From Paraspadella gotoi (lineage: Eukaryota > Animalia > Chaetognatha), in contig CM119268.1 in assembly GCA_051294375.1 (NCBI GenBank), positions 23,794,773 to 23,858,772 of the forward strand: a stretch of DNA of 64,000 nucleotides. The letters are read 5' to 3'. The notes under the pieces are model-generated. The model made no database searches and was not told the DNA's origin. It was given only the letters and a program-made list of their open reading frames with translations. The stretch's first letter is position 1. Every line of letters begins with the position of its first letter. A program made the translations under genes and the position numbers. Below, piece by piece: positions 1 to 13,760 of this stretch.

Positions 1-130
1 CAAACATTGGAATGTTTTGGCAGATCACTCAAGTTGTTGTTGTTGTTGTTGTCATCGTCGGCCGTCGTCGTCTTAAAAACCAAGGAATGAATTTCAAAAC
101 TTGTTTGACAACATTTGAAAAAGATTATGA

Positions 131-133
<3 letters not shown>

Positions 134-194
<61 letters not shown>

Positions 195-521
195 TCTCTC
201 TCGTAATGCCCTCTTTTCCTTTCTATTCAATTTTTTCTTTCATCACATTTCAACATCGAATTTTTTTCCTTTTATTCACTCAATTTAATTTTGCCACATT
301 TCAAATTACCTTTTTCTCTTCTTTTTACTTTTCCTCTTTTTTCCTCCCTTTTTTTTTTCTTTTCTTTTTTTTTTTCTTTTCGAATTCATTTTCCCAATTT
401 TTTTGCTTCTTTCTTGTTTCTCGCTTCAAAATCCAGGAGATTTTGATCGTATAAAATTGATTTTTTTTTGGTCTGCCAGTTATAATTCTCTCTCTCCTCT
501 CTCTCTCTCTATCTCTCTCTC

Positions 522-553
<32 letters not shown>

Positions 554-658
554 GCTCTTTCACACATACGAGCTTTTGCTTTCTCTTCTTGCTCATTTTG
601 TTTTGGTTCCAAAGGTTTACAAAAAGCCTATATGAAAAAAGATAATAGGGAGAGAGAG

Positions 659-733
<75 letters not shown>

Positions 734-883
734 AATACAAGTTGGAAAAGCTCAAACATTGTTACTGAAAAGAAAGAAAAAATTGGACGGACAGAAAATA
801 ATGATACACTAAGGTATTGGATAAAATACGAGAGTGAGACATAGAGAGAGAGAAAGAGGGAGATAAAGAGAGAGAGAAAGAAA

Positions 884-968
<85 letters not shown>

Positions 969-1074
969 TTCACTTTTATTCGAGACAGAGACAAAAGAGA
1001 TGAACTCTTTCGCATGGGAACCGAGGCGGGCAAGACGACCGCGTGTGTACCTCGTGCATGTCTGAACCGTGGTG

Positions 1075-1110
<36 letters not shown>

Positions 1111-1112
1111 TG

Positions 1113-1168
<56 letters not shown>

Positions 1169-1172
1169 AGAG
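134..1172. repeat. Cluster of (CT)n/(GA)n microsatellites
   Basis: Long pure and interrupted ctctct/gagaga tracts; these produce the spurious SLSL/ERER ORFs. Confidence 0.95.
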
Positions 1173-1799
1173 AACCGCAAAGTGAAACAAAAAATCAGGT
1201 GAAGGATTATTTGCAAAGCAAATTCGCCGCCATCTTGGAAATGCGTGGAAGACTGATTTAAATCCCTACCAAGCAGTAGAGATTTCTTGGCAAGCAACGT
1301 CTCTAAGACTTGATTTATTTTTCACCTTGTCCTTTTTTAAGTATCAACAAAACTGGTCTACTCTGGTAGGGAACCCTTTTTTATGTATTTCAAATAAAAG
1401 ACTCACACAAACACACAAGTAAACCAAAATATATTGCAAAGTACGAAATGGTTAAGAACAAAATTTCTGATAAGATTTGATGCAAGAAAAAAGAGAAGAA
1501 AGAAAAACAGTATCAGAAAACTTGGACTCACGAAATAGGAAAACAGGGCACTATTTTCCAAAAGCGGCCCATTTCTGTTCTTTAAACCCTTAATTTATAC
1601 TCAACCTTAATATTTAACTTTAATTTGTCACCAAACTTATAAAATATAACCTTATCACTTNNNNNNNNNNNNNNNNNNNNNNNNAACTAAGTTGCTATAA
1701 CTAAGTCACTTTAACAATGAAATGCTCATCACGTCAACCCTTCTATAATCAGGAAAGTCGGAAGAAAGCCAACNNNNNNNNNNNNNNNNNNNNNNNNNT

Positions 1800-3420
1800 A
1801 TGTGCCCTCTTTTTCCTTCGATTTCGCCTGTCGCTGAAGGTAAGAAAAACGGCACTGTAATCCCGAAAGCAGCCCCTCTTTTCGGTTCAGAAAATATTTT
1901 TAAAAAAATATTTTATTTAATATTTCAAAATTGTATAACTTTTTTTTTAGCAACCCTAATTCCCTAACCCTGATCTGAAACTTTAACCCTAATCCCCTTA
2001 ATACCCTTATCCCTGAAACTTAATTCCTGTCCCTAACCCCTAAATTCCTAATCTCTAATAACCAAACAAACCCTAATTCCTAACCCTATTCTAACCTAAT
2101 TCTAACCCAAATCCCTAACCTCCTAATCCCTTTTTCCCTAAGTCCTACCTCCAAATCCCTTTATACAAACATTGTAATCCCTAACCTTAAAATCATAATC
2201 CCTACCCTAGTCCATAACCCAAAACCATTAATTAAATTCTAATGCATCCCAAAGCCCCTTAATCCTTAACCTAATCCTTATCTCCCCAAGCCCTTAATTC
2301 TAAGTTTTAACCAAAAAACTAATTCTATTCTGCGAATTTATAGGCTGAAAATAACGTTTTCTGAAAATATGGTCCAACCAACTATTGACTGTGAGAAAAA
2401 AAAGACAATTTTGAATCCGAAATGGAAATAAAAGAGGATGCGTTAACCGAGCCATGAAGAAGGTCTAAAACCAAGCATGAAGAGGTTCATAACCAAGCAT
2501 GAAGAGGTTCATACCAAGCATAATCTTATTTGTTCAATTCTGGATATTGAATTAAATTTGACAATAATGCGAAAAAATGAAAAATCGATTAATACGTAAA
2601 GTGGAAAAAAAAATTGATTCAGTAATCCTTTTCCCTAGAAATGGATGATATCTTGCCAGTGTGAGAGAAGAGAAGAGAAGAGAGAGAGAGAAGAGAGAGA
2701 CGAAAAGAAGAGAGAAAGAGAAGAGAGAGCAGAGAGAGAGGAGAGAACGAGAGAGAGAGAGAGGAATCCCTCGTTATTCGTTTTTCCCTCTCGTCTTGTC
2801 TTCCCCTTTGGTCCTCCTGTCCCTCTTCTTACGAACGGGCGTCTATTTCCTCCTCTTCTCCCTCTCCTCTCTCTCTCCCTCTCCCTCATTCTCATCTCTC
2901 TTCTCATCTCTCTCTCTCATCCCCACTTTCAAAAAACCTCCCTCCTTTCCCTTACAGCCAATGCGTTTCTTAGCCTTTTACGAGGCCGTTTCTTGCCGAA
3001 CGAAAGCAAAGCAGTTATAATTCAATTAAGGATCTTAAATGTAAAGGGAATTGAACAGCCAAACGTAACTTTTTTATGTGACATGGCCACGGCGATTAAA
3101 TTATATGAAGAGAGTATGTGTAAAATGTTGTGCTTTCTTCTCACCGACTTTTCCTGAATTCAGATAAATATATACTTATATATTTATTATTAATTTCATT
3201 ATTACTTATTATTCAATTATTTTATTATAATTATATATTATATTTGACAGAGGGTTATTAAAAATATGTTTTGTCTTGCCCTTTTCTTCCGAACTTTTCC
3301 CTGATTATAGAAAGGTTGACGTGATGGACAAATTTTCATTGTTTAAAAGTGACCCTTTAGTTATAAGCAATTATGTTTCAAAAATTTAGAGTTTTATAAC
3401 TTGTAAAAGTGTAAGGGTGT
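1800..3420. repeat. Segment duplicated in inverted orientation at ~6140-8780
   Basis: cggcactgtaatcccgaaagc...ttttcggttcagaaaatatt (1850-1900) is reverse-complemented at 8685-8730. The aaccaagcatgaa motif (2470-2520) matches ~7725-7740, and 2950-3090 matches ~6760-6905. Confidence 0.75.
1950..2310 (+). repeat. Degenerate telomere-like (CCCTAA/CCTAAT) array
   Basis: Repeated aaccctaa/ccctaa/tcctaa units; similar arrays lie at ~43220-43410, 52800-53173 and 59665-59880. Confidence 0.75.
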
Positions 3421-3495
3421 AAATTTTTTAATAAGAGTTTTTCTGGTTGAACAATTAAAGTTAAATATATAGGGTTGAGTTAGTAAATTTAAGGG

Positions 3496-3818
3496 TGTGG
3501 ATATAAGGCGCTAAGTGGCAGAACAGATGACTATCCATAAACTTTCCTATAACCCCTGTCTTGCAGAGACATGGAAACGGGTCCTGGGCTGGAAACCAGG
3601 CCTTGGTCTGGCGTTGCCCACATGCCCCCAAGGGCGGTTACGGCCCGCCTCACTCCTTCCGCAAGGGTAGGTTAACCGGGTTTGGATTGAAAACCCGGTA
3701 CTGCGTGGTCATGAAGTTGATGCCCTTTACTCATGAAGCCCAGCCGGGTTTCACATACTGAAAAGAGTTTTTAAGCTTTTAATAGGCCGGGGGTTACCTA
3801 GCAATGCCCCGACTTACA
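3496..3818. mobile_element. Probable solo LTR (~320 bp)
   Basis: GC-richer insert bounded by TGT...ACA. It is absent from the inverted duplicate at 1570-1600 (ttctttaaacccttaattta), which represents the empty site. The flanks are compatible with a noisy AGGG TSD. Confidence 0.6.
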
Positions 3819-4460
3819 AGTTTTAAAGATACAAGAAATGGGCCCCCTTTTTGAAAAATACAAGTGCCCATTTTCCCCCCTATTTCCGTGAGTCCCAAGT
3901 TTTCTGGCAATTAACTGTTTTTCTTTCTTCTCTTGTTTCTGTCCATCAAAATCCTTATCAGAAAAAATTTTGTTTCTTCGAAACCATTTCCTACTTATAT
4001 TTTATATAAATTAATGATTAAATATATCATCATAATTATTTAAATAATAATATTTTTGGTTTTTACCTTTGGTGTAATATAATTTTAAATATCATAAAAA
4101 AAGGTTCCCCCTACAAAGGAAATATTTTGGTTTGAATCTTAAGAAACAGGACAAGGGTTGAAAAATAGTCCCCTTAGAAGCCCGTTTTGCTTGCCAAGAA
4201 ATCCTCTAACTGGCTTGGTAGGATTTAAAAATCTAAGTCCCTTCCAGCATTTTCCAAGAGTGGGGCCCCATCTTTGCTTTGCCAAGAATAAATCCCTTAA
4301 ACCTTGACATTTTTTGTTTTAACTTGCCCGTTCTTCCATCCTCCTCTCTCCTTCTCTCTGTTCGTGTCTCCTCTCTCCTCTCTCTTCGTCCTCTCTCTCT
4401 CCTACTCTCGTCTCTTCTCTCCTCGTCTCTCTCTCTCTCCCTGTCCTGTCTTCTCCGTTC

Positions 4461-4567
4461 GAAATTTGTGTTGATATGAAAACTTTTTTATTTCTTTGAT
4501 TTAAATTGAGATTTCAAAGGAAAGAAATCGCGGGAGGAATTTTTAAAGCGAAAGTTTATAAAACATT

Positions 4568-4625
<58 letters not shown>

Positions 4626-5330
4626 AGATAATAATTTAGAGGGAAAATTTTTACATAAAACATCCTAAGAGCGAAAGAGAGAGTAAATCGACAAGACCTG
4701 AACTGTAATATTCAAATGAGTTTTTTATCCAGTTTCACGTGCGAGACCCAGGACGAGAAGGGACGGGAATGGAATGGAAAAAAGGGGAGGAGGAGGAAGA
4801 GGAAGAGGAAAAAAAGAGGAAAGGGAGGAAAGGAAAGAAGGAAAGAAGGAAAGAAAGAAGAGAACGAGATTTGGATTCCTTCGGTTTTGAGTTTCACCTC
4901 AAAAACCGTCAATGAGATTTCTCTATACAAAATGACGACCAATCAGAAGCCCGGAAAATTTGAGAATCCGCGCGAGATGGAACAAATCAGAATCCAATAA
5001 AAATTGGAGCAAAAGAAACGAATCGACCAATCAGGAGCTCTAAATTTCTCCGCGAGAGAAAAATGCATTAAAGTTTATGACTTTCTTATTCTCAGAATGT
5101 TTGGGGTATCGACCCGAGAGATTAAGCAGGGAAAAAAATAATAAAATTGGTTTACCAATAGATAACTAATTGATAATATTAATATTAATTAACAAAATAT
5201 ACAAAAATTTAAGTTAAGCACTGAATAGCTGAGTACTTAATTGATGATGATATGAAATTGGTACAACCATTATAAAAATTATCTATTCATTTAATAAATA
5301 AGCTATCTTGCCCCTGACTTTGCACGATTG
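4461..5330 (+). repeat. Dispersed repeat; the second copy is split into 8780-9450 plus 14521-15020
   Basis: Colinear near-identity (gaaatttgtgttga..., gagttcacctcaaaaaccgtc..., ttctcagaatgttggggtatcg..., gctatctgcccctgacttgcac). Confidence 0.85.
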
Positions 5331-8300
5331 GACCTTGTTAATCTTCTCACAGGGAAATGACGGTCCTTCACATTGTAACTGAACCTTCTGAGTACCAAAT
5401 GGCTGCATAATTGATAATATTGGGTAAAGGAGTTGTCTCTGAATAGTAAAATACAATATATTTATAGTAATATTCTTAGAAAATAGTAAATTTTAAAAAT
5501 AATTATTTTAAAACTTTTAATAAAGATTCAGATTCTTCATAAAAAGTTAAATGAAAAATATAAAATATGTTATTAAAAATTATGTCGTCTTCAACATTTA
5601 AAATGGAAAAAAAGGTGAAAATTCAGAACTTTTTTATTCTCTGTAATAGAAACTTATATATGTTAAATTTGGTCCCATTAAGAAGATGGAGCACAACTCA
5701 AGAAACACACAACAAAATTTATTTGAAGACTGTCGAACAAAATGAAATTTAGGCCCAGATACTGAGATAGTAATGATTTAACTACGCCTCCAACACCGTA
5801 TACACAATATTTGTTCTGGCAAGATATGGCGAGGGATTATTTATAGATAGTTATGGATATGTCATCCGCCTGCCCACGGATACAGAAATATGCGCCTGTT
5901 TAACAATCACACACAACTCTATTAATGATTATCTCTGCAATAAGTAAATCCCTCTTTAAATATATAATAACTATATAGTTTATAAAATTTTTAAAAATAA
6001 TTTTTATAAAATTTAATTAAAGATTCAGTCATTCTTACATTATGAATAAACAAGAGATGAATCAAAAAATATACAAACATGTTTATCAAAAATTCTGTCA
6101 TCTCTTCAATGTTTAAAATAGAAAAAAGGTAAAAAATTAAACTCTTATAAAATATAACCTTATCACTTAAACGTTATAAACTGCGAGAGTTTATCGTATA
6201 TATTTTCTATAGTACTTCGTGTAGTTAAAGTAAAACTATCATATTATGTTAAATACGTTTTAATCAATCTACTTTTTTAAATGATGAATCTAAACACAAT
6301 AAAATTATTCAAGTAAATAACATAATTGCTCCTATAAAAACGTATTTCTTTAGTTCTATCTTTTTAATATACCACACACCTTCTATAAATCAGGCTAGAA
6401 AATGCTCGAAGAAATCCAGGATATTCACTAGTTAAAAAATAAAAAAAAATTAATTGTCCATAGCGAGAAATTCTGAAACAGCGATATTTAATATTAGGAT
6501 TAATTATACCTTACTACACATATAATTGAAACTTTGGCTCCAATGTACAATAATAAATAAATATAATAATAACTGAGTTAATTAATAATAATAATAATAA
6601 TAATAAATAATATAATAATAATCATATACACTAAAAATATTTTATATTATATAACGGATTCATGTGACAAAGTTCTGGAACAATAATTATAGTCCAAACA
6701 TACGTAAACCATATTTTTTATACCTCATAGGCAGCAAAAAAACAATAATGTTCAACAATCACATGCCGCCATTAATAAAAAAGTACGTTTGCTTCAATCC
6801 CTTCTATATTATTAATCACACTTTTTAAACCTTATGAATATAACTGCTTTGCTTCGTTCCGCCACAAAGAAAACTGCCTCGTAAAAGCCATAAGCAACGC
6901 ATTGCTGGAAGCTATGTGGGATCAATAAGTGAGGCGTCTGAGAGAAGAGAGAGAGAGGAGGAGGAGAGACGAGAAGAATCAAGCAGACGGGTGTATCGCA
7001 GGTAGCTGCGACGCTATGAGCACAGAGAAGAAAGAGCACGTGAGAGACCAGAAAACAAATTCTATAAGAGTAGGGGCGAGTCCAGGGCCCTTGCGCTAAC
7101 CAGGAATACAAAAGACCCTAACTTCACTCACATGGTAAAACTATAACCACTAATGAACGAAAAACACTCATTATTACAAGCCAGGCGGCGTCGATTCGAA
7201 GTTGCAAGCTTATTTGTCTCTTCTGAATCCCTTCTCCTGTCGCGCTATTCCGGCTCGTATCGACTTTCTCTCTTGCCTTTCTCTCTCTTCTCCAGAATCT
7301 ATCCTCGCCTCTCCTCCGTCTTCACCCTCTCTCTACTCTCTCTCCCTTCTCCCCTTTCCCTCGCTCTGCCTCCCATCAAAACTCCTCTTACTCACTTGCG
7401 ATTTTTTGAAATTCCGATATATGGCAGATATAGCCATCTCCCCATTTTCTCAGGGTAACATTAGATTACTGACACACACCTTTTTCATTTTCTCATCTAT
7501 GAAAAATAAATCGATTTTCCATATACCTTCCGCTAGTATAGATGTCTTCAAATGTCTAATTCATATCCAAAGAGGAGAGAGATGAGAGAGTAGAAGAAGC
7601 GAGAGATAAAAGAATATAATGAAACATTTTGGAGCTTATGAGATATCGCTCTCCGTTGTTTTGACGATGCGATTCTCAAAGAAAACGCTCTGGCAATGTA
7701 AATGAAGCACCGCTTTTGGCTCATATTCATGCTTGGTTAGGAAAAAACTTCTTCATGCTTCCCCGTTCCACACCCATCCTCTTTTATTCTCCCCCTATCC
7801 TCTCGTGCACCTTCAAAAATTTGTCTTATTTTTTCGGATTCACACGTTTCGAGGAAGTGGGATGAGCGACCCGGGCAATATTTATTACACGAAGAATACA
7901 GAGAGTAAATATAATAAAATATTTCACCGAGCCTAAATGTTGCAGAAATTGAATTATAGTTTTTTAATCTCTGGAGAGATATATGTAGAGAAACACGTAT
8001 ATTATTGATAATAGTTCCACGTTCTCGGGAGCAGAATGACTAAGGATTACGGTTAAACGGCACTATTGAAAGGAGCTAGACGATCGATACTAGCGCGAGC
8101 ATATAGGCGCTAGAAAAATTTAAACAGTATATATATCTGTTTGGGTCTTCTGCAGGGGTTAGTGCCTGAGCTGAGAGTGTTAGGTGTAATTATCCGAACT
8201 TTGAAGTAATAATTTATAAGGCTAGGAAGATGAGACTGGACAAATATATTGAATTTAATCTAAAAGAGGGATTACGCGGTTAAGCGGGGGAAATAGGGAA

Positions 8301-10887
8301 AGATCGGGAATTAGTTTAAAAGAAGTAGTAAGTCGGGAATTATAAGAATCGAGGGTGTTAGTAACAAACACAATTAGGGTTAGGAATTAGGGTTTTGAGC
8401 GTATTATATGTATGCTGTGAGGAAATTAGGGTTAGGGAACAGGAAAATTAAAATTCAAGGGAATAGCAGGGTTTAATGCACCAACGAGGAATAAAAGAGG
8501 TGTTTTAACAGGAGAAAGCGATTTTTCAAGGAATTGCACTCCTGGAAAATTAATCAGGAATTTAGTTTTATCACATTATCTCACAAAATGTCAAAAATAT
8601 ATATGTTAATTTCTCATTCATTCTTTATTTTTTGTGTAAAAAAAATTTCTGAAAATTATTACAAAATAAAATAATATTTTTAAAAATATTTTCTGAACCG
8701 AAAAGAGGCGCTTTCGGATTAGCAGTGCCGTAAATTTCTTGCCTTCAAGGAAAGCGAAATCCGAAAGAAAAAGAGGCATGAAATTTGTGTTGAATATGAA
8801 CTTTTTTATTTTTTATTTGCATTTAAATTGGAGATTTTACAAGGAAAGAAATCGCGGAGAGGAAATTATAAAGCGAAAAGTTTTTATAAAACATTCTGAA
8901 GAAGAGAGAGTAGAGAGAGAGAGAGAGAGAAGAAAAGAGAGAGAGAGAGAAGATAATAATTTAGAGCGGAAAATATTTTACAATAAAACATCCTAAGAGC
9001 GAAGAGGAGAGTAAATCGACAAGACCACTGAAACTGTAATATTCAAAATGAGTTTATTTTATCCAAGTTATCACGTGCGAGAACCCAGGACGAGAGAGGG
9101 TACGGGAGAATCGGAATACTGGCAAAAAAGGGGAGGAGAAGGCCAGGAGAGTAGAGGTAAGAAAGAGAACAAAGAAGGAAAGGAGGAAAGGAAAAGAAAG
9201 GCAAGAAGGGAAAGAAAGAAGAGAACGAGATTTGGATTCCTTCGGTTTTGAGTTCACCTCAAAAACCGTCAATGAAGATTCTCTATACAAATGACGCAAC
9301 GCAATCAGAAAACACTCGGAAATTTGAGAATACCGCGCGAGATGGACAATCAGAATCCAATATAATAATTGGAGCAAAAAGAAACGAATCGACCAATCAA
9401 GAGCTCTAAATTTCTCCGCGAGAAAGAAAAGATGCATTAAAGTATTATGTGGGGGCTGTGCATCGTTTTCATCTTAAACCATTAAGTTTTCAAAAAGAAT
9501 TGGGCACCATCGATTAGGAAATTTGGAATATTATCTTCATTGCAAATTTCATCAAAAATCGGATAATCCGTTCAAAAGTTAATGAAAAAAAGCGATCGCG
9601 AAAATCGGCGCTTTCAAAACCGATCAACTTTCGCTTAAAAATTGTTACTCATTTTGATCCAAACAAATAGGATTTGTAACTAACGCGTAGTTCTAAAGCT
9701 TTAGAAATCGGCGAATTTCTGAATTAGGCAGCATCCGGGCCTCATAAGAAGTAATTTAAAATAATTCGAAAGCAGGAAAATATAAACTTCTAATGAGCTA
9801 TAAGTTAATAAATACTATAATTATGATAGAATAATAAAAGAGAAAAGATAAGAGAGCAAAAAAATAGGGACCCGGAACTACATGTTTGGTAAAGAAGTCT
9901 TAATTATTTACTATTCGCTATCCCCCACAAAAAACAAGAGGAAATTCGAAACAAAAAAAGAAGGCATTTTAAAATTACTTGTATAAAACATATTGGAAAG
10001 ATAAGACTTGATCTTGGAAAACAAATGCAGCAAAACATAATTCGTAACTGTTAATTGCAAAAAAAAATAATATTTTAAATTACAATTATCTAGTAATTAT
10101 TTTTATAAAGTTTTACAATTTGTTTGGTACCAACAGTATCAAAGAAAAACAAATTTCGGAAGTAAAAATACAAACACCCTAAGCAAAACAAGGAAAGGAT
10201 AAACATATGATTGCTGAAGGCCCTTTGCTATCCAACCTTTATCAAGAACCAAATCTTTTTAAACCTTGAAATGAGTCCCCCCTCGATGTCCCGGCCAATA
10301 ATACGTCGATAATGTTAATTAACAAAAGTTAATTTTACCTGTGGCATCATCAGATAAAATTGACTATGAGTATAAAATTGGGTGTATCTCTTCCCTATTA
10401 ATGTTAAGAATCTATATATGTTGTTCCTAGGACTCTGGTATAATTCCATATTGTTTAGTAACATATTGTCCTCTATTTCCATTTATTGTTTAATAAATTA
10501 TCTTTCATTTGTTTTGGACAATATTTTTTCAAAGATTTTAACATGAAAATAACAGAAACATTTTATCGAACATTTATAAATTTTGAAAAGTAAATTTGAT
10601 TAAAGTGGTTGGGTAATAGGCAAACGATTTTATAAATTTTTTATTTAACCCCACAATTTAAAACCACTTTTCACCAGCTATTTTATGAAATTTTTTTCAA
10701 AGATATGCCAAGAAGATTAAAACCAACGAAAAATAATCGGACGGAGGATTGGTAGTAGATTAAAAGCGGAGAAAGGAGGGAGGATGTGAGAAGAACGAAT
10801 GCCAGAGGGCGAGCAAGGGATTCAAAGGTTGCGTGCTTAAGCGGCCAATTTTTTTATGGGTATTTTTATTCCTCCACACTATTAATT

Positions 10888-12539
10888 ACAAGTTGGCAAA
10901 CAATGTTCGGATCTGGGCCTACAATTAAATTAATTAATTAATTAATCGGATTAATTAATTAATTAATTTTAATAATTAATTATATTACTATTCAGCTTAA
11001 GTCATCTCGATGTCCTTTAAAATTGATACAGGAACAGTTATTAAATGTTTTTGTTTACCATTTTATCAAAAAAACAAACAAATATCCTCTATTTTTAATT
11101 TATGTTCTCCTTCTCTTTCATCTTCTCTCTCTCTCTTCTCTCTACACTCTCATATCTCCTTTTTCTTTTCCACCCATCATCTCTCTTCATCTCTCACTCT
11201 CTCTCTTTCTTTCCTCTCTTCTCTCTCTCTTTTTTATGCAATTGCGACGACGAATCCTTATGCTTTTAAAATTTTTTTAAACAGTTGCAATTTCATTTTT
11301 TCAACTTGCGTCATTTTTTCAACCATTGCATTCCGGAGTCAAAAGACTTTTAATACTAGCTTCTTTCACTCCTTTACCTCCACGCTACGACACAAATTTC
11401 ATACTCAATCTATATGGGTTTAAAATAAGTAAAAAAGATTCAGTAAATGTGACAATCATATTATTTTTAATTGTAACCTCATTTCCACACATAACGTTTC
11501 ACCGGAAACTTTATATCAAGCATCGTTTACAACACTTTTTCTAAACCCACACAAAAAATTTGAAACTCACATCTATCCATCAATTATAGATTAATTAGAA
11601 GTACTTAATTTGGTTTAAAAAGTAAAAAGATTTTAGTAAAATGCGACTTATGTATTTTCTTTTTCCATTTAAACCTAATTTCCACTCACAACACACACGC
11701 CGACCATCGAAACTTTATATCAGACTTCTTGCAACACAAGACTAAAAAAAGACTTTCCTACCCACACAACACAAAATGTAATTTTTACCAACCCAAACCA
11801 GCCAATCACGGAGTTTATTGGAGGCTTTTGGGCTAAAAGGGTGGGAACGGGATGGAACGGAATGATTGAACTAATTAATTAATTAATTGATTAATTTATT
11901 ACTAAATATGATTAATTAACTGAATTAATTATTTGGATTTATTATACATCCCTGGCATATACAGTTAATATAAAAGGAAAAAAGAAGCAATAATCAATTA
12001 GTAAAAAACAATGTTTTTTGTTTTTTTCCATTTAAAAACTCATTCCACACCTACAACCGAATTCCCATCAGAACTTGATTTCCCCCGTTCAGAATCACAC
12101 ACTTTCCAAACCCACAATACAAAATTCAGGTCAATCAGCACCATATCCACTCATGGCAATTGGGTGGTTAACAATAGTGAAATATATTTTCTTTGTTTTT
12201 TTTTCCCCATCCCATTCCATTTCCATTCCATCGAAACTTGCATACCAGCTCAATCACCCATTACCTAATCCACACACAAAATTTCATTCAAATCCATCCC
12301 ATCCAATATCACCGGAAGGTTAATTGGGGTGTTTTTGGCTTAAGGTGGATGGACGACGGGCGGACGGGGACGGAACATTCATTTTTTTTTGCATAATTTA
12401 ATCAATAATTCGATGTTTCTGACATGGGATATAAGTTAGTGCCCGTCAATATTGAGGGGCAGCGGACGGCGACGACCCCGACAAAGTGAATTATGAGTCG
12501 GGAATGCTGCCTGAATAAGCCAGATTGCCGACCTAAAAA
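10888..12539 (-). mobile_element. HINE/DINE-like non-autonomous element (noisy inverted copy of 41072-42160)
   Basis: Reverse-complement match of both ends (tgttcggatctg.../...gccagattgccgacctaaaaa) and of the internal ~130-150 bp repeats. Confidence 0.7.
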
Positions 12540-12619
12540 TATTAATAAGAGTTTTATTTATCAAAAGCCTTTTAAACTAAATGATAAAAAATCTTAAGAG
12601 TAGTTATCTCGCCAGAAAA

Positions 12620-13080
12620 TGTTGATGCGATATACGAATTATTGATGTAATATTGATTGATGTAATAGTTAAATTGGATATGTAATGTAAAATTTATTGA
12701 TGTAAATAGTAATGTTATTGGATGCGGAATTGATAACCAAAATATTGAGAGCGATTATAATCAAATATTGATGCGGATGATAACCCAATAATTGAGATGC
12801 CGATGATAACCAATAATTGATTCGATGATAACAAAATGAATTAATGCGAATGATAATCCAACCAAATAATTGATGCCGATGAAAACCAAAATGAATTGAT
12901 GCCAATGGATAACAAAATATTCATGCGATGATAACCAAACCTGATTGATGTGATGATAACCATGATAGACATTAAACCATTGTTGTGATGATAATCATTC
13001 ATGTGATATGATGATCAAGTCATTTTATCTGATTTAGAGATGATAGTCATCTCATTTGACAACAATGAATCATTCCATCG
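12620..13080 (+). repeat. ~23-bp minisatellite (ATTGATGCGATGATAACCAAAAT)n
   Basis: Tandem degenerate units; the same family occurs at ~31990-32230 and 60001-60060. Confidence 0.85.
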
Positions 13081-13619
13081 AAATAAAACAAAACTAATGG
13101 TGTAATGAGTACAAAACGCTGCACGGGAACCCCAACTCTTTAGCTCGTCGCCTAGTGACGGTGGTGGAAATCTAGGTCCAAAGAACGATCGAACTTTTAT
13201 TTACAACAAAAGTTTTCCTGCACAACGAGTCCTATTATTAGGGTCACTCTGCGTTTATATCGTTATCCGTTGCCATCGCAATGGCGGCGTGATCTAGGTC
13301 AAGTTGATTTTTTTTTTATACACGATACGCCTCGACGTCTTGAAATTGGGTCATGTTGGATTTTTTTTATAACCACGTAACATATCCGTTAACCATCGAA
13401 ACGCGTTATTTAGGTCATGTTCCTCGAACATTGTTTTACATAAAAAACATAAGAATATTGATATGAACTGACAATTTTCAAAGATCTTGATTATTAGGAG
13501 CCCCATATCTATTTTCAACTCCCCTATGATATCAACACTTTACAAGAAATCTAATCGTGTTTAATAAATAAAACAACCTATCCGAACATTAATATGAAAA
13601 CATACAATTTCAAAGAATT

Positions 13620-13760
13620 ATCCGTTTCGTTCACGTTTCGTATCGCGTTTGCGGTTACGGTTTCGTTCGTTTAACGTTCCGTTCGTTCCGTTCCGGTTTT
13701 CGTTCCGTTTCGTTCCATTTCGTTCCCATTTTCCGTTTTCTATTCCGGTTCCGTTTCCAT
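13620..13760 (+). repeat. (CGTT/CCGTT)n low-complexity repeat
   Basis: tccgtttcgttcacgtttcg...ttccgttcgttccgttccgg. Confidence 0.8.

Larger units (their letters stand above)
1170..4330. repeat. Long inverted duplication: ~1170-1790 versus ~3280-4330
   Basis: Example: gaaggattatttgcaaagcaaa...atcttggaaatg (1201-1243) appears as a noisy reverse complement at ~4245-4300. The 1735-1770 segment is reverse-complemented at ~3285-3325. Confidence 0.8.

Noticed and set aside
12-3157. Many 60-170 aa ORFs (SLSLSL, ERERER, poly-F/K); similar ones at 44.1-44.6 kb and 62.9-63.7 kb
   Set aside because: They are translations of GA/CT microsatellites and low-complexity tracts.
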